Notes: generated by a model not told the origin, from the sequence alone. A stretch of DNA of 64,000 bases from Octopus vulgaris (GCA_951406725.2 OX597836.1:29946001-30010000); one strand, 5' to 3'. Counted from the first letter of the stretch, positions 25,004-37,894 are shown. Made by a program: numbers and translations.

Positions 25004-28000
25004 TCCTTTTAATGTACACTATCAGTAGAGGTGAAATTTGTCTAAGCATGCAGTTGATAGTGGATACTTCCTACTGACGACATGCAAAGACAGAGAAATC
25101 CAGATTTAGCAATTCCACTGCTACTGCTGGATGCTTTTTGTCTGCTACTGATACACTTCTGCGCTCTTTTAGCACTACAGTTGCTTTCTCAAGACAAATA
25201 CCACAGTTTTGTGGCTTTCTACAGTATATCCACATTAAGTAAGATATACAAAGTACTATTCTGAACCAACACTGCTTCATCATCATCATCATAAGAATCG
25301 TTTAACATCTACCCTCCATGCTGGCATGGGTTGGATGGTTTAACAGGAGCTCGCTAGACAGGGGTCTGCACCAGACTTCTGTAACTATTTTGGCACAGTT
25401 TTTACAGCCAGATGCCCTTCCTAACACCAAAAACAAACTTATATTAATTTGCAGTAAGGAAGAGGAAAAGCATGTTTCAGGCAAAACACTCCATAAATGG
25501 AAAGGGTACTCCTCAGATGAAGAGTTAGCCTCCACTTCTTCCTTGTGGCAGACCAATTTAATTCAGTTTTTAAACTATTTTAACCAAGACTGCTCTTTTA
25601 TTCTTCTACAGGTTTCAGCTTTTGGACCGTGACCATACTGAAGCACTATCTTTGAAGATGTATATATATATATATATATACATACATATTTTTAAAGATT
25701 ATTATACCCCCCCCCCCCAGTCACTTAGGCACTTAGTTTACTGATATCTATTTAATGAATGTCTAAGTTCACCTTGATATAAAGGTATTAACTTAATGTC
25801 AAAATACTGCAAAATCTTTTTGTTTGATGCGCCAATTTACTAACAATCCAATACACACACACACACACACAGTGTCCATTTTTATGTCTGTTTTTCCATG
25901 CTAGCATGGGTTAGACAAATACATACTGTTTTAGCAATATGTATGTGTATGTATATATATGTGAATTTAAGTAGATATAATGGGGTACCCATATAGTTCT
26001 GTCTACCAAATTTTACTCACAAGGTAAGTTATCAGCCCATGGTTAGGGTAGAAGTCATTAATTACTGAAAGTATCAATGTGCAATCAAACCGAACTTAAA
26101 ACTACACGGCGGCTAAATAATCTGTTTAATCATGCAAGTGTAGTTGTATATAATCTTCATTATGATGACCTCAGGGCTAAACAATAACAGCAGCAAATCG
26201 TAGTGATCACAGCTGGAACAAATCTGAGCATAAGTTTGCCTTAAGCTCAACAACAACAACAACAATTTGCAGTAGTCATAGCTGGAATTTTCAATGGTAG
26301 GTTTGCTTGCCCAGGGCTAAAATTGGCTTGAACAATGACAAAGACATCAACAATAACAGCAGCAACAATGCAGCAAAATTATAAACAAAATTTGTTTCCA
26401 AAGAGGCAGTGAACCATTGCGTATTTGTGTAACAAGAAAATATATATCTATAGTCTGTTACAAACAGAATTTATCACACACCACTAGTTATGCAGACTGG
26501 TATGTTTGGATGTTAGTGTATTTACAAATGAAAGACTGATGTGTTTAGGATATTGGAACTGGAATTGAAGATTCTGGTGGGGAATTCTGATAAATTACGC
26601 TAACCTGACTTTGTAATAGTGATGGAATCCAGAATGATTTAATGTAAGCTTAAAAAGGCAGCTTGTAATGTTGTTGTGAGAAGCATCTGCACACACACAC
26701 ACACACACAAATGTATGTGAATATATATGTACACTTTCCTATACATAGATACATACATATATATACATACATACATATACATACACACATGTATATACAT
26801 ACACACACGTATACACACACACACATGTATATACACACACACATATGTACACACACACACACACATATATATCAAGACTGGAGTTTATGGTATTATTTCT
26901 AACTCTGTAGCTACGATTGTTTCAATACAACCTATGTCAATATATTAATATGACACAGCTCAGATTCAAGTCCTTTTTATATACTACATCTGTGTGTGTG
27001 TGTGTGTATGATGGTTCACTTATTAATTTTAATTGACAATGGTCAAGGTAGATGACAGATAGGCAGAAGGCATTTTTCTTTTTCTCTTTTATTCTGTGAA
27101 AGAGATGCACATATGCAAGCACAAACAACATGTCCAGAGGCAAAATGAGGTCAAGGCAACTGAACCTGTATGAGGAAACAAGACTACCAAAATGGCTGAA
27201 GAATCTCCAGTACCTTGGTATGTGTTCAGGCCATGAGACATCTTTCCAGATGGCTTCTAACTTAGATTTATGGTATGTTTCCACCTACACCAGTTGCCCT
27301 CATTGACCTACAACTGCTAACTTCAAATCTGTGGAGATGACGGTTCCTGATTGCTTTGACCATGTCACTGGGAATAAACACATACGTGAACATGCCACTA
27401 ACCATACACATACACTAAATGTACATATAATTATAATAATAAGGGTGTTTTGCAACAAGTTGCTTAACCACATACCGAAAATTTTAGAAATAGCAGCCAA
27501 AAGACTACCATTTCCTTTTACTACAAAAATAAGTCTTCACAGACAACAATATTTGTAATTCACATATGGCAAAAAAAGAAGAAAAATGTTTCACTACTAG
27601 GTGAAATTTGTTGATTTTATTAAATTAATTATATTTCACCCTATATCTAAATGTACATATGTAGATATTATGGCATGGCCAGTGACTCACTTGAGTTCAG
27701 CTGCCCTTTAATAGGTCTTGTTTCCCATCCTCTAGTGCGCTCAAAATTACTCTCCTCAAGAAGCAAACTCGGTAAAGTTGCCATTTTCATTGCTTGCTGA
27801 TAGCTCAACCCATGAGACATATTTTATCAGGTCACACGTGGCCTTGCTTTCCATCCTGCAAGGTGTCCAAAATCACCCTCCTTATCAAGAAAACTTGGTT
27901 TAAATTGCCATTTTTGTTGTCGTTGACCCAACCATGCAACAGGTTGTGCAAGGTTACACGAGACCAGTATCATTCATGGTGGAAGCACGTGGCTTAGTGG

Positions 28001-28298
28001 TTAGAGTGTTGGACTCGTGATTGTAAGATTGTGGTTTCAATCCCCGGACCAGACAATCTGTTGTGTTCTTGAGCAAAACACTTCATTTCACGTTGCTCCA
28101 GTCCACTCAGCTGTAGACATGACTTTAGCCTGGAGAGGGATGGGCTCCGTCAGTCTTTCTCACTCTAGATATGCTGCATGGCTTCAGCACCCCATTGACC
28201 CCTGAGAGGTTAAGGGACTTGTCAGTATCACTGACAAATGATCTGACATGAATTGGAAGAGTCAAAAGAGAATTGGATAGAATCCCTTACAGTATTTG

Positions 28299-28526
28299 TT
28301 TAATCCTTCAACATTCAGATTACTTTGTTAAATTTAAAGTTTATATACTTATATTGCATTAGATTAATCATGCGTTATCTGATTGTTTCAAAATATGAAT
28401 AATGTGATTGTTTATTTTTAGAATGACATTGTAGGGTAGGTGTGAGGAGCCAGATCTGGTGGGTTTGGACATAAAACAGGTAGAATTTTGTACCTGATAT
28501 GGCAAGTTTAAATGTTAATGGATTAA
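28299..28526. mobile_element. piggyBac-like MITE
   Basis: TTAA at both ends, imperfect TIR tccttcaacatt/aatgttaatggga; homologous to 1195-1410. Confidence 0.6.
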
Positions 28527-28594
28527 ACTCTTTGTACTCTGAGTTCAACTTTTCCTTTCATCCTTTAGGGGTCAGTAAAAAGCATCAACCCAGG

Positions 28595-28623
<29 letters not shown>

Positions 28624-28625
<2 letters not shown>

Positions 28626-28791
28626 GAGTGGCTGTGTGGTAAGTAGCTTGCTAACCAACCACATGGTTCCGGGTTCAATCCCACTGCATGGCATCTTGGG
28701 CAAGTGTCTTCTGCTATAGCCCCGGGCCGACCAATGCCTTGTGAGTGGATTTGGTAGACGGAAACTGAAAGAAGCCTGTCATATATATATG

Positions 28792-28850
<59 letters not shown>

Positions 28851-29053
28851 ATGTGTTTGTGTCTGTTTGTCTCCCTAGCATTGCTTGACAACCGATGCTG
28901 GTGTGTTTATGTCCCCGTCACTTAGCGGTTCGGCAAAAGAGACTGATAGAATAAGTACTGAGCTTACAAAGAATAAGTCCCGGGGTCGATTTGCTCGACT
29001 AAAGGCAGTGCTCCAGCATGGCCGCAGTCAAATGACTGAAACAAGTAAAAGAG
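28624..29053 (+). mobile_element. SINE family A
   Basis: Full-length match with a long internal (TA)n. Confidence 0.9.
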
Positions 29054-29477
29054 TATATATGTACACACACATAGGCATATATACAGAGAGAGACAGATGA
29101 GAAAGAAGATAGGGAGCTAGAAAGAGAATGAGAAGGGTAGGCAAAGAAAAAAGAGCTGGGGAGAGAGAGATAAGGAACAAGTTGAGAGAGAGAGAGAGTC
29201 TACTTTGATAACCAACAGCATCCAGCCTGTCACTTCTTATCCTCATTAATTACTACCTATTCATCTCTATCTCTATTTCTTGCTTACTTTTTCTATACAT
29301 CTCACTTCCCTCCTCTCTCTTCCTCTTTTATCTTCCAAACCTCTCTTTCTTTCTTTTCCTCTCATATCTCTTCCCCATCTCTCCCATAAAATAATATGAC
29401 TAAGAGAGAATCCAGTAACCCCATCTTCATTACATTGAAAAAATGTCTGGAGAAATAAAGAAAGAATGTATATTTAC

Positions 29478-29568
29478 CATCTTTTCTATTTTTCTTGGAA
29501 AGCGTAAGTTTTATGGGCTGAGATTCCCATTCCGAAGAAGAGGTTTGGATGGCTTTCCGTCGTATCAC
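29478..29568 (-). CDS. TJP1: ZO-1 exon, end of PDZ1, linker and start of PDZ2 (VIRRKAIQTSSSEWESQPIKLTLSKKNRKD)
   Basis: Acceptor tttcttgatcag, donor G|gtaaat; 91 nt, phase 0 to 1. VIRRK resembles the last strand of PDZ1 and PIKLTLSK the first strand of PDZ2. Confidence 0.92.
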
Positions 29569-29616
29569 CTGATCAAGAAACAAATGCAAATAAGTATCAA
29601 AGCTTCATCACACAAA

Positions 29617-29651
<35 letters not shown>

Positions 29652-30933
29652 ACAAATTGTCCCTTGTTAACATGGTTAACATTCATGAAATTTTTTTGGC
29701 AGGGCCACCATGATTAGTAGTGGAGGCAAATGGATACGGGAACCAAGGTACATGGGTTGCTCAACAGGAAATGATGCATTTGGAAATGGGATTACGCTCA
29801 GATTGGATGTGTGTGTGTGTGTATGGATTTACAAAATTCCTCAATACTTCAAAAATACAATCCAAAACAAGCAAATTTCCTTTTAGTTTTGCAAGACTAA
29901 GGTTTCTGGTTTAGCAATTAAAAGTCAACAGGGCTCTCTGGTGCACTGGCATCATGTCTACCTGATCTACATCAGACACGTGGTTCGGTTCCTGTGGATG
30001 CTTATTCTTTATTTCTCTGCTAAAGGATTTTTACTTGATATTTATGGACTATTATATACAATTACATTTCCATTTGAACAACTTCAGAAAAAGACTTATT
30101 TTCAAATGTCTCAAGACCTCAAAAGCACAATTGAATACCAACATCCTCGTCATTATTTTAATGTCCACTTTTCCATGCTTGTATGGGCCAGATGGACTTT
30201 ATCGAGGCAGATTTTCTAAAGGTGGACACTCTTCCCATTACCAACTCTCACTTTTTTCCAAGCAAGGTGATATTTCCCCTTGACCAGACATGTTTTTGCG
30301 GAATAATGGAAATGAATGATACTGCTCGTGTGACAGTGACAATCATTTACAACTATTAAATGATGTCAAGACAAGGAAATACACAAACACAATGAGCTTC
30401 TTTCAGTTTTTGTCAACCAAATTCACTTACAAGGCTTTGGTTGATTTAGGGCTACAGTAAGAGATACTCGACCAGAATGCCATGTAGTGGGACTGAACCC
30501 AAAATCACGTGGTTGGGAAATATATCTGTAGCTTTTTTCCTTGTTTCAGTCATTGGTCTGTTGCTACACAGGGCATCACCTTAAATGGTTTTAGCCAATC
30601 ATATCAACCCTAGTACCTATTTTTTAATTCAATACTTATTGATTTCTATTTATCAATCCACTAAAGACACCATATTTTTCAAGTGGTATCGATATAAAGA
30701 CACACACACTACAGGTTTCTACACAATTTCTGCCAACCTACTTTCTTTCACAAGGCTTGGATTGAATGGAGCAGAAGACACTTGTCCAAAGTGCTTCTGT
30801 GTAGTGGAATTGAACTGGAAAACACATGGTAACTGCAATGCAAGCTTCTCAGACTCACTGCTCTAACTGTCCCCATTTCAATTTGCTCAAGAAAGAAATC
30901 ATTAATTTTTGTCCTAACCCTTTGCTTGTACTG

Positions 30934-31080
30934 TGTATCTCATGTGCTATACAGGACATATATTTCCCTAGGGTCCATGTATCTCATGTGCTATACAGGA
31001 CATATATTTCCCTAGGGTCCATGCATCTCATGTGCTATACAGGACATATATTTCCCTAGGGTCCACGCATCTCATATGCT
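30934..31080. repeat. Minisatellite, 44-bp unit x3.3
   Basis: tgtatctcatgtgctatacaggacatatatttccctagggtcca at 30934, 30978 and 31022; partial at 31066. Confidence 0.95.
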
Positions 31081-31320
31081 TACACATTCTAAAATCTTTC
31101 CAACCACCAGGGTAACTTGGGACTCACGAAAGGAAAGCTTTATATTACTCAGAATACATGAAACGAGGGCTTACTAAAAGTCTGAAAATAAATAAGGAAG
31201 GATATTTAGGACAAACTTATGAAAGTGCTTTGAAGGGGCAAAAGGTTAATTCAATAAGCCCATTAAGACAACATTTTATTTTCCTTTGTTTAATTATATG
31301 ACAAACAAACAGAAACTCAC

Positions 31321-31423
31321 CAAATGGGCAGTTTTTCCACTCTCCTTTAGTAAAGTTACAGCAGTATTGTAGTCTACATTCTCCAACGATAACCCATTTA
31401 CACTAATCACTCGATCATTAATT
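31321..31423 (-). CDS. TJP1: ZO-1 exon, PDZ1 C-terminal half (INDRVISVNGLSLENVDYNTAVTLLKESGKTAHL)
   Basis: Acceptor atttcag, donor TTG|gtgagt; 103 nt, phase 2 to 0. Completes the CAA (Q) codon from the previous exon. Matches the ZO PDZ1 pattern NDRVxxVNGxSxxNV...AVxxLxxSG. Confidence 0.96.
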
Positions 31424-32015
31424 CTGAAATAATTTATAAAACAAAACAAAATGAAAGAGAGAGAGGGGGGGAGAGAGAGAAAATCAGTGTCAAACAAAGC
31501 AGTTGTACAAATGTTATTAAAATCCTATTAAAATGGTAATAGAAAAACTTCCACTAAAATTAAACCATTTCAATTATCTAAATGCAAGCTATTTTTTCAT
31601 ATCCTAAAATGGTTTCCAATTTAATAATAATTAAGTAAAAAAAAAGAAGAAAAAAAAGAAAATTAAATAATGCAGTAACAAAAAATAATTGAAAACATTA
31701 AGTATAAAGTAAAATAATTACATAAGATGTGTCTATATTGATTGGTGTATAAGTATATATGTAGGCATATGAGTGTATATGTACATAGATGTATGTATGT
31801 ATGTATGTATGTATGTATGTATGCATGTATGCATGTATGTATGTATGTATGTATGCATGTATATGTGTGTGTTTGTGTATGCATACATATGTGTGTATGT
31901 ATGCATGCCACTGAAATTAGTGATTGAAAACAACATGTTTAATAACTTTGAACAGTATAAATTGTTGAAATCAAAGAAGGGCCAGGTATAACATAAAAGC
32001 AGATAGCTAACTTAC

Positions 32016-32140
32016 TGCAGCTTTCCTTCAGCAGGGCCTGCTTTAAGGACATCACAAATAGCTATAGAGGGGTCTCCATTGTCGAAATGTGGATTGTCTC
32101 GACCACCACTTACAGCAATGCCAAATCCAAAATTATCAAC
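32016..32140 (-). CDS. TJP1: ZO-1/TJP1 (polychaetoid-like) tight/adherens junction MAGUK, exon encoding PDZ1 N-terminal half ([42 protein letters not shown])
   Basis: Manual translation matches the ZO-1/Pyd PDZ1 signature [15 protein letters not shown]...DVLKxGPAEGxLQ. Acceptor ttttcgcag, donor CA|gtaagt; 125 nt, phase 0 to 2. The symbol denotes the ZO-family ortholog. Confidence 0.96.
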
Positions 32141-32409
32141 CTGCGAAAATACAAGAGAAAAAAAAAATGTGTTTCAAGATAATATATGAGGTATGGCTGC
32201 ATGGTGAAGAAGTTTATTTTGAAATTACATGAGTTAAGGTCTGATACTACAATGGGGGCATTTTAGGAAGTGTCTATTACTTTTAGGTTCGGGTCCTTCA
32301 AAACCAGAGTGGAATTTGCTGTGGAAGTTGCTGTTCTTGGGTGAATAGATTTAATCAGTCACTAGATCTAACAAGTCTTAACCATTGGGAGCATTCAACA
32401 GAGTCCACC

Positions 32410-33095
32410 CTTGTCACAGGCCGCATGTAAAGAGCATCTTTCACTCAAGTCTGCCAGTGGATCCTAAATGCATGGAGTCGTGTCAAAACATCCACCATCA
32501 ACAATGGGTTCAAAAGCTGAACTGCTGCATGATGAAGAGGCTGAAGTGAGCAATGAGATCCTGAAGCTGTTCAATTCGGACACTGAAGAAGAGGACTTAG
32601 ATGGTTTCAGTGTGCAGGAAGAAGATAAAGAAGGCGATCAATGACTTTTGTCCTGGTGGGCTGCAGTGTGTGTGTATATATATATGTATATATATATATA
32701 TTGGCCTGCTCGCTTAGCCAGCGGGGTGGCGTCATTCGAAGGCTAAAACAATGCGAACGCATTGTGACCAGCGATGTGTAACAACATCTGATGGTCTGGT
32801 CGGTCACGTAATCACGTGATATATATATACTGGTCGTTAGGAGGAATGTTGTACGTGCACTGCTCAGTAAAAAAGCATAAGCAACGTAATTTGTGTGTTA
32901 ATGATACCTACGTATATTTAAAGGTATCCGTGTTAGAGGCACTGTTCGAAAAAAGCATTTGTAATATGTGTTTGTCTATGTTACCATACGGATTAAATTA
33001 AAAGTTTAAAAATCCTCAGGTATAATATCTTTCTGTGTAAATATCTCATATTACAACATTTTGGACACCTGCAGCTTAGAATCCGGTAACCTTAG
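32410..33095 (+). mobile_element. pogo-family DNA transposon 3' remnant (POGK/Passer-like transposase C-terminus)
   Basis: TGRM*RASFTQVCQWILNAWSRVKTSTINNGFK and, after a frameshift, LFNSDTEEEDLDGFS. The right boundary is approximate. Confidence 0.7.
32701..32820 (+). mobile_element. CpG-rich 5'-truncated SINE/LINE tail inserted in a (TA) tract
   Basis: Reverse-homologous to 20280-20397; ends in cacgtaatcacgtgat repeats. Confidence 0.55.
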
Positions 33096-33719
33096 GTGCA
33101 AAGAAACAAACAGTGATCTCCAACATTGAAAATTCTTTTGATATCAATCGGCCTGAGACCATCTCCGGTTCCATGTTATGAAACAATTCATTTTAATGGG
33201 TTAATGTATATATATTTAAAAATAAACCTTCTCTCATAATTTTATGTAAGAATTTCTTTGTTATGTTCCAAACACAAGCTTAATAATGATTTCAGATTTT
33301 GGTACAATGACAACAATTTTAGGGGTGGTGGTAAGTCACTTAAATCAATCCCTATTTTATTTTATTGACCCTAAGATGATGTCGGTGGTGGTGATAATGA
33401 TTCTGGACTCTTCTCCCATCAAAGATGACATATGAGTGTTCAGATTTTGCTGAATGACCTGCACAAAAGATCTGTTTATAGAGGTCAAATGTATGTGCTG
33501 TACATTAGCTCACTCCCTCCATCAAATTGGCATTACTTGAACAGGTGCATGGTGTACCTTGCATCAGATGCCGAAGTGATCATAAAGCAATATGAGATGA
33601 AGAGTTTTTGCTCAAAAACACAATGTACCACCTGGTCTAGGAATTGAAACCACAATCTCATGTGCAACACCCTAACCACTAGGCCATGCATGCATCCACA
33701 CAATAATAACAATAATGAT

Positions 33720-34417
33720 AATCCTTTCTATTATAGGCACAAGGCCTGAAATTTGGAGGAGGGGGATAGTCAATTACACTGACCCCAGTACTCAACTGGT
33801 ACATAATTTATCGACCCTGAAAGGATGAAAGGCAAAGGTGACCTCGGTGGAATTTGAACTCAGAACATTGCAGCAGACAGAATACCACTAAGCACTTTGC
33901 CTGGCATGCCAACGATTCTGCCAGCTCACTGCACAAGGCTTGAAATTTTGGGGGAGGAGTTAAGTTGATTACATTGACCCCAGTGTTTGACTTGTATTTA
34001 ATCAATCAACTGCAAAAAGCTGAAAGGCAAAGTTGACCTCAGTGGAATTTGAACTCAGAACGTAAAGATGGAAGAGATGCTGCAAAGCATTTCACCTGGT
34101 GTGCTTAACGATTCTGCCAGCTTGCCACCTTAATAATAATAATAATAATAATTATAATAATATTAATAATAATAATAATAATAACAACAACAACAACGAT
34201 AATAATCCTTTCTACTATAGGCACAATGCCTGAAATTTGGGGAAAGGGGATAGTCAATTACACTGACCCCAGTACTCAACTGGTACTTAATTTATTGACC
34301 CTGAAAGGATGAAAGGCAAAGTCAACCTCAGTGGAATTTGAACTCAGAACATAGTGATGGACGAAGTACCACTAAGCATTTCGCCCGGCATGCTAACAAT
34401 TCTGTTGCCTCACCGCC

Positions 34418-34449
<32 letters not shown>

Positions 34450-34660
34450 TGGCACAAGGCCAACAACTTTGAGAATAGGATGTCTGTTGATACCATCACC
34501 CCAAGTACTTGACTGATCCTTTATTTCATTAAGCCCACCCTCACCACCAGAAGAATGAAAGGTAAAGTTGACTTTGGTGGGATTTGAACTCAGAATGTAA
34601 ACAGCTGGAACAAATACCACAAAGCATTTTTTTCTGATTTATCTAATGGTTCTGTCAGCC
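33720..34660 (-). mobile_element. Second head-to-tail array of family B-related SINEs with (AAT)n spacers
   Basis: Four units containing gaaaggcaaag..gacctc.gtggaatttgaactcagaac. Confidence 0.85.
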
Positions 34661-36074
34661 CAATTTCTCTCAGTGATGATGATGATGATGATGATGACGG
34701 TCTTAACTGGACACAAGGGCTCACAATGTTAAGGGCAGCACAATGATAATATTTGTAAAAACAAAATAGTGTGTGGTGGGGATGGTAGTGGGGGAGGCGG
34801 CTGATGGTTATGGAGTAAAAAAAGGACAAGAACGACAAACAATAAAAAAACATCAATAACTAAATAGCAACGACATTAAAGAACAACGAAATGACAAGGA
34901 AGAATACCCAGAACGATAAGTTCCAGAAAACAGAAAACAGCAACACCAGGGCCTGTAAATATTTAATGCTTTTTCACACAGCTTTTGTTTAATCTTGAAC
35001 ACTTTTTCTGTATATGTCAGAAAACAAAGTCTTGGCGTATTTCTCAAACCACAAATAATAATAACGGTAATAATAATGTTCTTCATGATGATGATGATGA
35101 TGGTGACGAATGATAATTAGGCATGCTGTATGTACCTAATTTGCTTCCGCTGTAATGGATAAGAATGCAGTTTGGTACAACAGCGGTAGAGAGGTTGAAA
35201 ACATAATATAATAGGCAGCTGAAGATAACGGTACAAATGCTGGAGAGGAAAAGAAAATATCTGATGCAAGGACTACACCGGAATATACATACACACACAA
35301 ATAAAGATAGGGAGACAGGAGTGACAAAATAAAGCCCTACTTGGCCAGTTTCTATCCAGTGAGATTAGGAGGTAAGAATGACTACAGAAGATAATTAGAT
35401 AAACCAATGCCTAAAAAAAAAAAAAAAACACAGGATAATAATGGCTAGAATACTTTTGATCACATTTTTCCTTTTTGGTTAGCACTGTCCTGGTGCTAAA
35501 TGACAATAACATAATCCCCTTCTGTTATTAAAGATAAGAGACATGAAATAATCTCCATTTATCAACATATCAAAGTCCTTTTGACTGCAAGATTTCTTAA
35601 GAAACCTACCAGAATATACGGAGTGTAAAAAAAAGACAGAGATGGCCATGGCTAAAATGCTTTTGATCATAAGTTTGTTCTGTCATAGCTATCCCAGGGC
35701 TAAACAGCAACAACAAGTTCATTATTGAAGATAGAGATAAGAAAGAAATACCGATATATCAATCCCCTTCTGATCAGAACATCTCTCAACAGAGAACATT
35801 GAGAAGCTACCAAAATGTAAGGATTTGGAAATAGAAGAAGATCCAATCTCTAATAAAAGTTGAGCCTAGATACAGCTGCAATGCAATGCAATTAACAAGT
35901 CTTGCACAACAACAGCTGCACTCTGAGTCTGCTTTCTTCACCTGACCACCATCAATATCTATCTGCAGGTATACAGGTGGTGCTCCAGTACGGCCACAGT
36001 CTAATGACTGAAACATATTAAGAAGACTGATTTTACTAAACAAACAGCTTTCAAAATTAATTATTCTTTTGTTT

Positions 36075-36280
36075 CTGGCACCTGTGCCGGTGGCACATAA
36101 AAAGCACCCACTACACTCACGGAGTGGTTGGCGTTAGGAAGGGCATCCAGCTGTAGAAACATTGCCAGATCAGACTGGGCCTGGGTGCAGCCTTCTGGCT
36201 TCCCAGACCCCAGTTGAACCGTCCACCCCATGCTAGCATGAAAAGCGGATGCTAAACGATGATGACGATGATGATGATAA
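36075..36280 (+). mobile_element. Family D repeat, (GAT)n-tailed, probably an RTE-related SINE or LINE 3' end
   Basis: ggttggcgttaggaagggcatccagctgtagaaac...ccatgctagcatg...taaacgatgatg. Relatives at 13105-13225, 21975-22090, 25280-25430, 61605-61685 and 61926-62068. Confidence 0.7.
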
Positions 36281-36757
36281 TGTGCTATCTTGTGAAAATA
36301 TGCTTTCATACAATTTACTCTGGTTTATATGAAAAGCTCTATCATATTTACCAACTATATTCCATATCTGTTTAGTCTTAACACAATTATATAATGTATT
36401 AAATTGTATTAGGAGTGAGGATTTATATAGCTTTAAAATATTCACATATTCATTTCGGTAATAAAAGTAAAGCTAAATTATATTTTTGCATTCTCTTTTC
36501 TGGTGGTCACAGAGTAAATGAAATGGTCCATTTCATAATGTAGTTCTAGGTATATATAAATACCAGGATGGCCACTGTTGAAACATCTTTAATAAAGCTG
36601 GCCTGGAACTCAACAACATTGTCTTAGCACATCATTTCTTTTAAAATGAAGAACCAAAAAAAAAAAAAAAATCATAAATTTACACTATTGGGCATAACTA
36701 GAAATGTAACCCCAGCAAGATTATTTTTCCATTTCTTAAAAATGCTTTATTTCTCTA

Positions 36758-37117
36758 CTAGCACTATGATCCAGCAACGCCGGGTCATAGTGCTAGTGCA
36801 TGCATATACAGCTGCGTGCGTACGCCCATACACGCGAGTACTGTCCAAATCTCTGTCCAATCACATACAGCTAGCTGGTATTCAATTGGCGTATCAAGTT
36901 TCAGGCATTTTGATTGGGTTTTGGATAGAAAATTCACAAAAAAGTCACTTCTATTGATTTTTTAATGGCTTTGCGGGGTGATTGGGGAAATGTAAAGATG
37001 TGCACGAGCACCCTTGGATGGTTTTGAATGACCATAGAAAGTGCGAGCCCTCTAACTGAAAAATTGTGGATTTGTACAAAGGACACGCACGCAGACATTT
37101 TGCCATTTATATATAGA
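36758..37117 (-). mobile_element. Non-autonomous Helitron with an extended terminal hairpin
   Basis: Minus strand starts TCTATATATAAA and ends CTAG|T. Hairpin ACTAGCACTATGA..GC-AAC-GC..TCATAGTGCTAGT at 36757-36797. Confidence 0.75.
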
Positions 37118-37396
37118 AATGAAATTTTCCAGGGTCCATAGGTAAAAAACGGTTGAGAAACACTGGTGTATGAAATCAGTTAAAATAATGGCCTCCATTT
37201 CTTACACAACCCCTAGTGGAGCCCTTGTTTTTAATTTAGCTTATTCATCTCATATTAATTGCCAGTGAATGATCTGATAAATACATATTGCAATTATCAG
37301 TGATAAAAGTTTTTAAAATAAATGCATCCATGTCTGGTAAAAGGAAGTCTACAAATGCAACTCCTAACATGAAAAAAAAAAAAAAGTAAATAAATA

Positions 37397-37807
37397 GGAG
37401 TGGTTGTGTGGTAAGTAGCTTGCTTACCAACCACATGGTTCCGGGTTCAGTCCCACTGCGTGGCACCTTGGGCAAGTGTCTTCTGCTATAGCCTCGGGCC
37501 GACCAAAAGCCTTGTGAGTGGATTTGGTAGATGGAAACTGAAAGAAGCCTGTCGTATATATGTATATATATATATGTCTGTGTATGTTTGTGTGTCTGTG
37601 TTTGTCCCCCCCCCACCCAACATCGCTTGACAACTGATGCTGGTGTGTTTACGTCGCCGTCACTTAGCGGTTCGGCAAAAGAGACCGATAGAATAAGTAC
37701 TGGGCTTACAAAGAATAAGTCCCGGGGTCGATTTGCTTGACTAAAGGCGGTGCTCCAGCATGGCCGCAGTCAAATGACTGAAACAAGTAAAAGAGAGAAA
37801 AGAGAAA
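37397..37807 (+). mobile_element. SINE family A
   Basis: Full-length match. Confidence 0.9.
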
Positions 37808-37894
37808 ACACTTTGTTCCGTATCTTTACCTAAGTAATAATTAAGTTACTCTTTCTTATCTCTTTTTAATTTAGTAGGATTACAGAAGTATGTA

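Noticed and set aside
25465-25520. CTGAGGA...GAAACATG on the minus strand
   Set aside because: No valid UH cleavage site or stem I; too degenerate to call a hammerhead.
27130-27310. Short plus-strand ORF MSRGKMRSRQLNLYEETRLPKWLKNLQYLG with a gtatgt donor-like site
   Set aside because: No recognisable homology and no partner exon found.
30934-31080. CRISPR-like regular repeat
   Set aside because: Units are contiguous with no unique spacers, in eukaryotic intron context.
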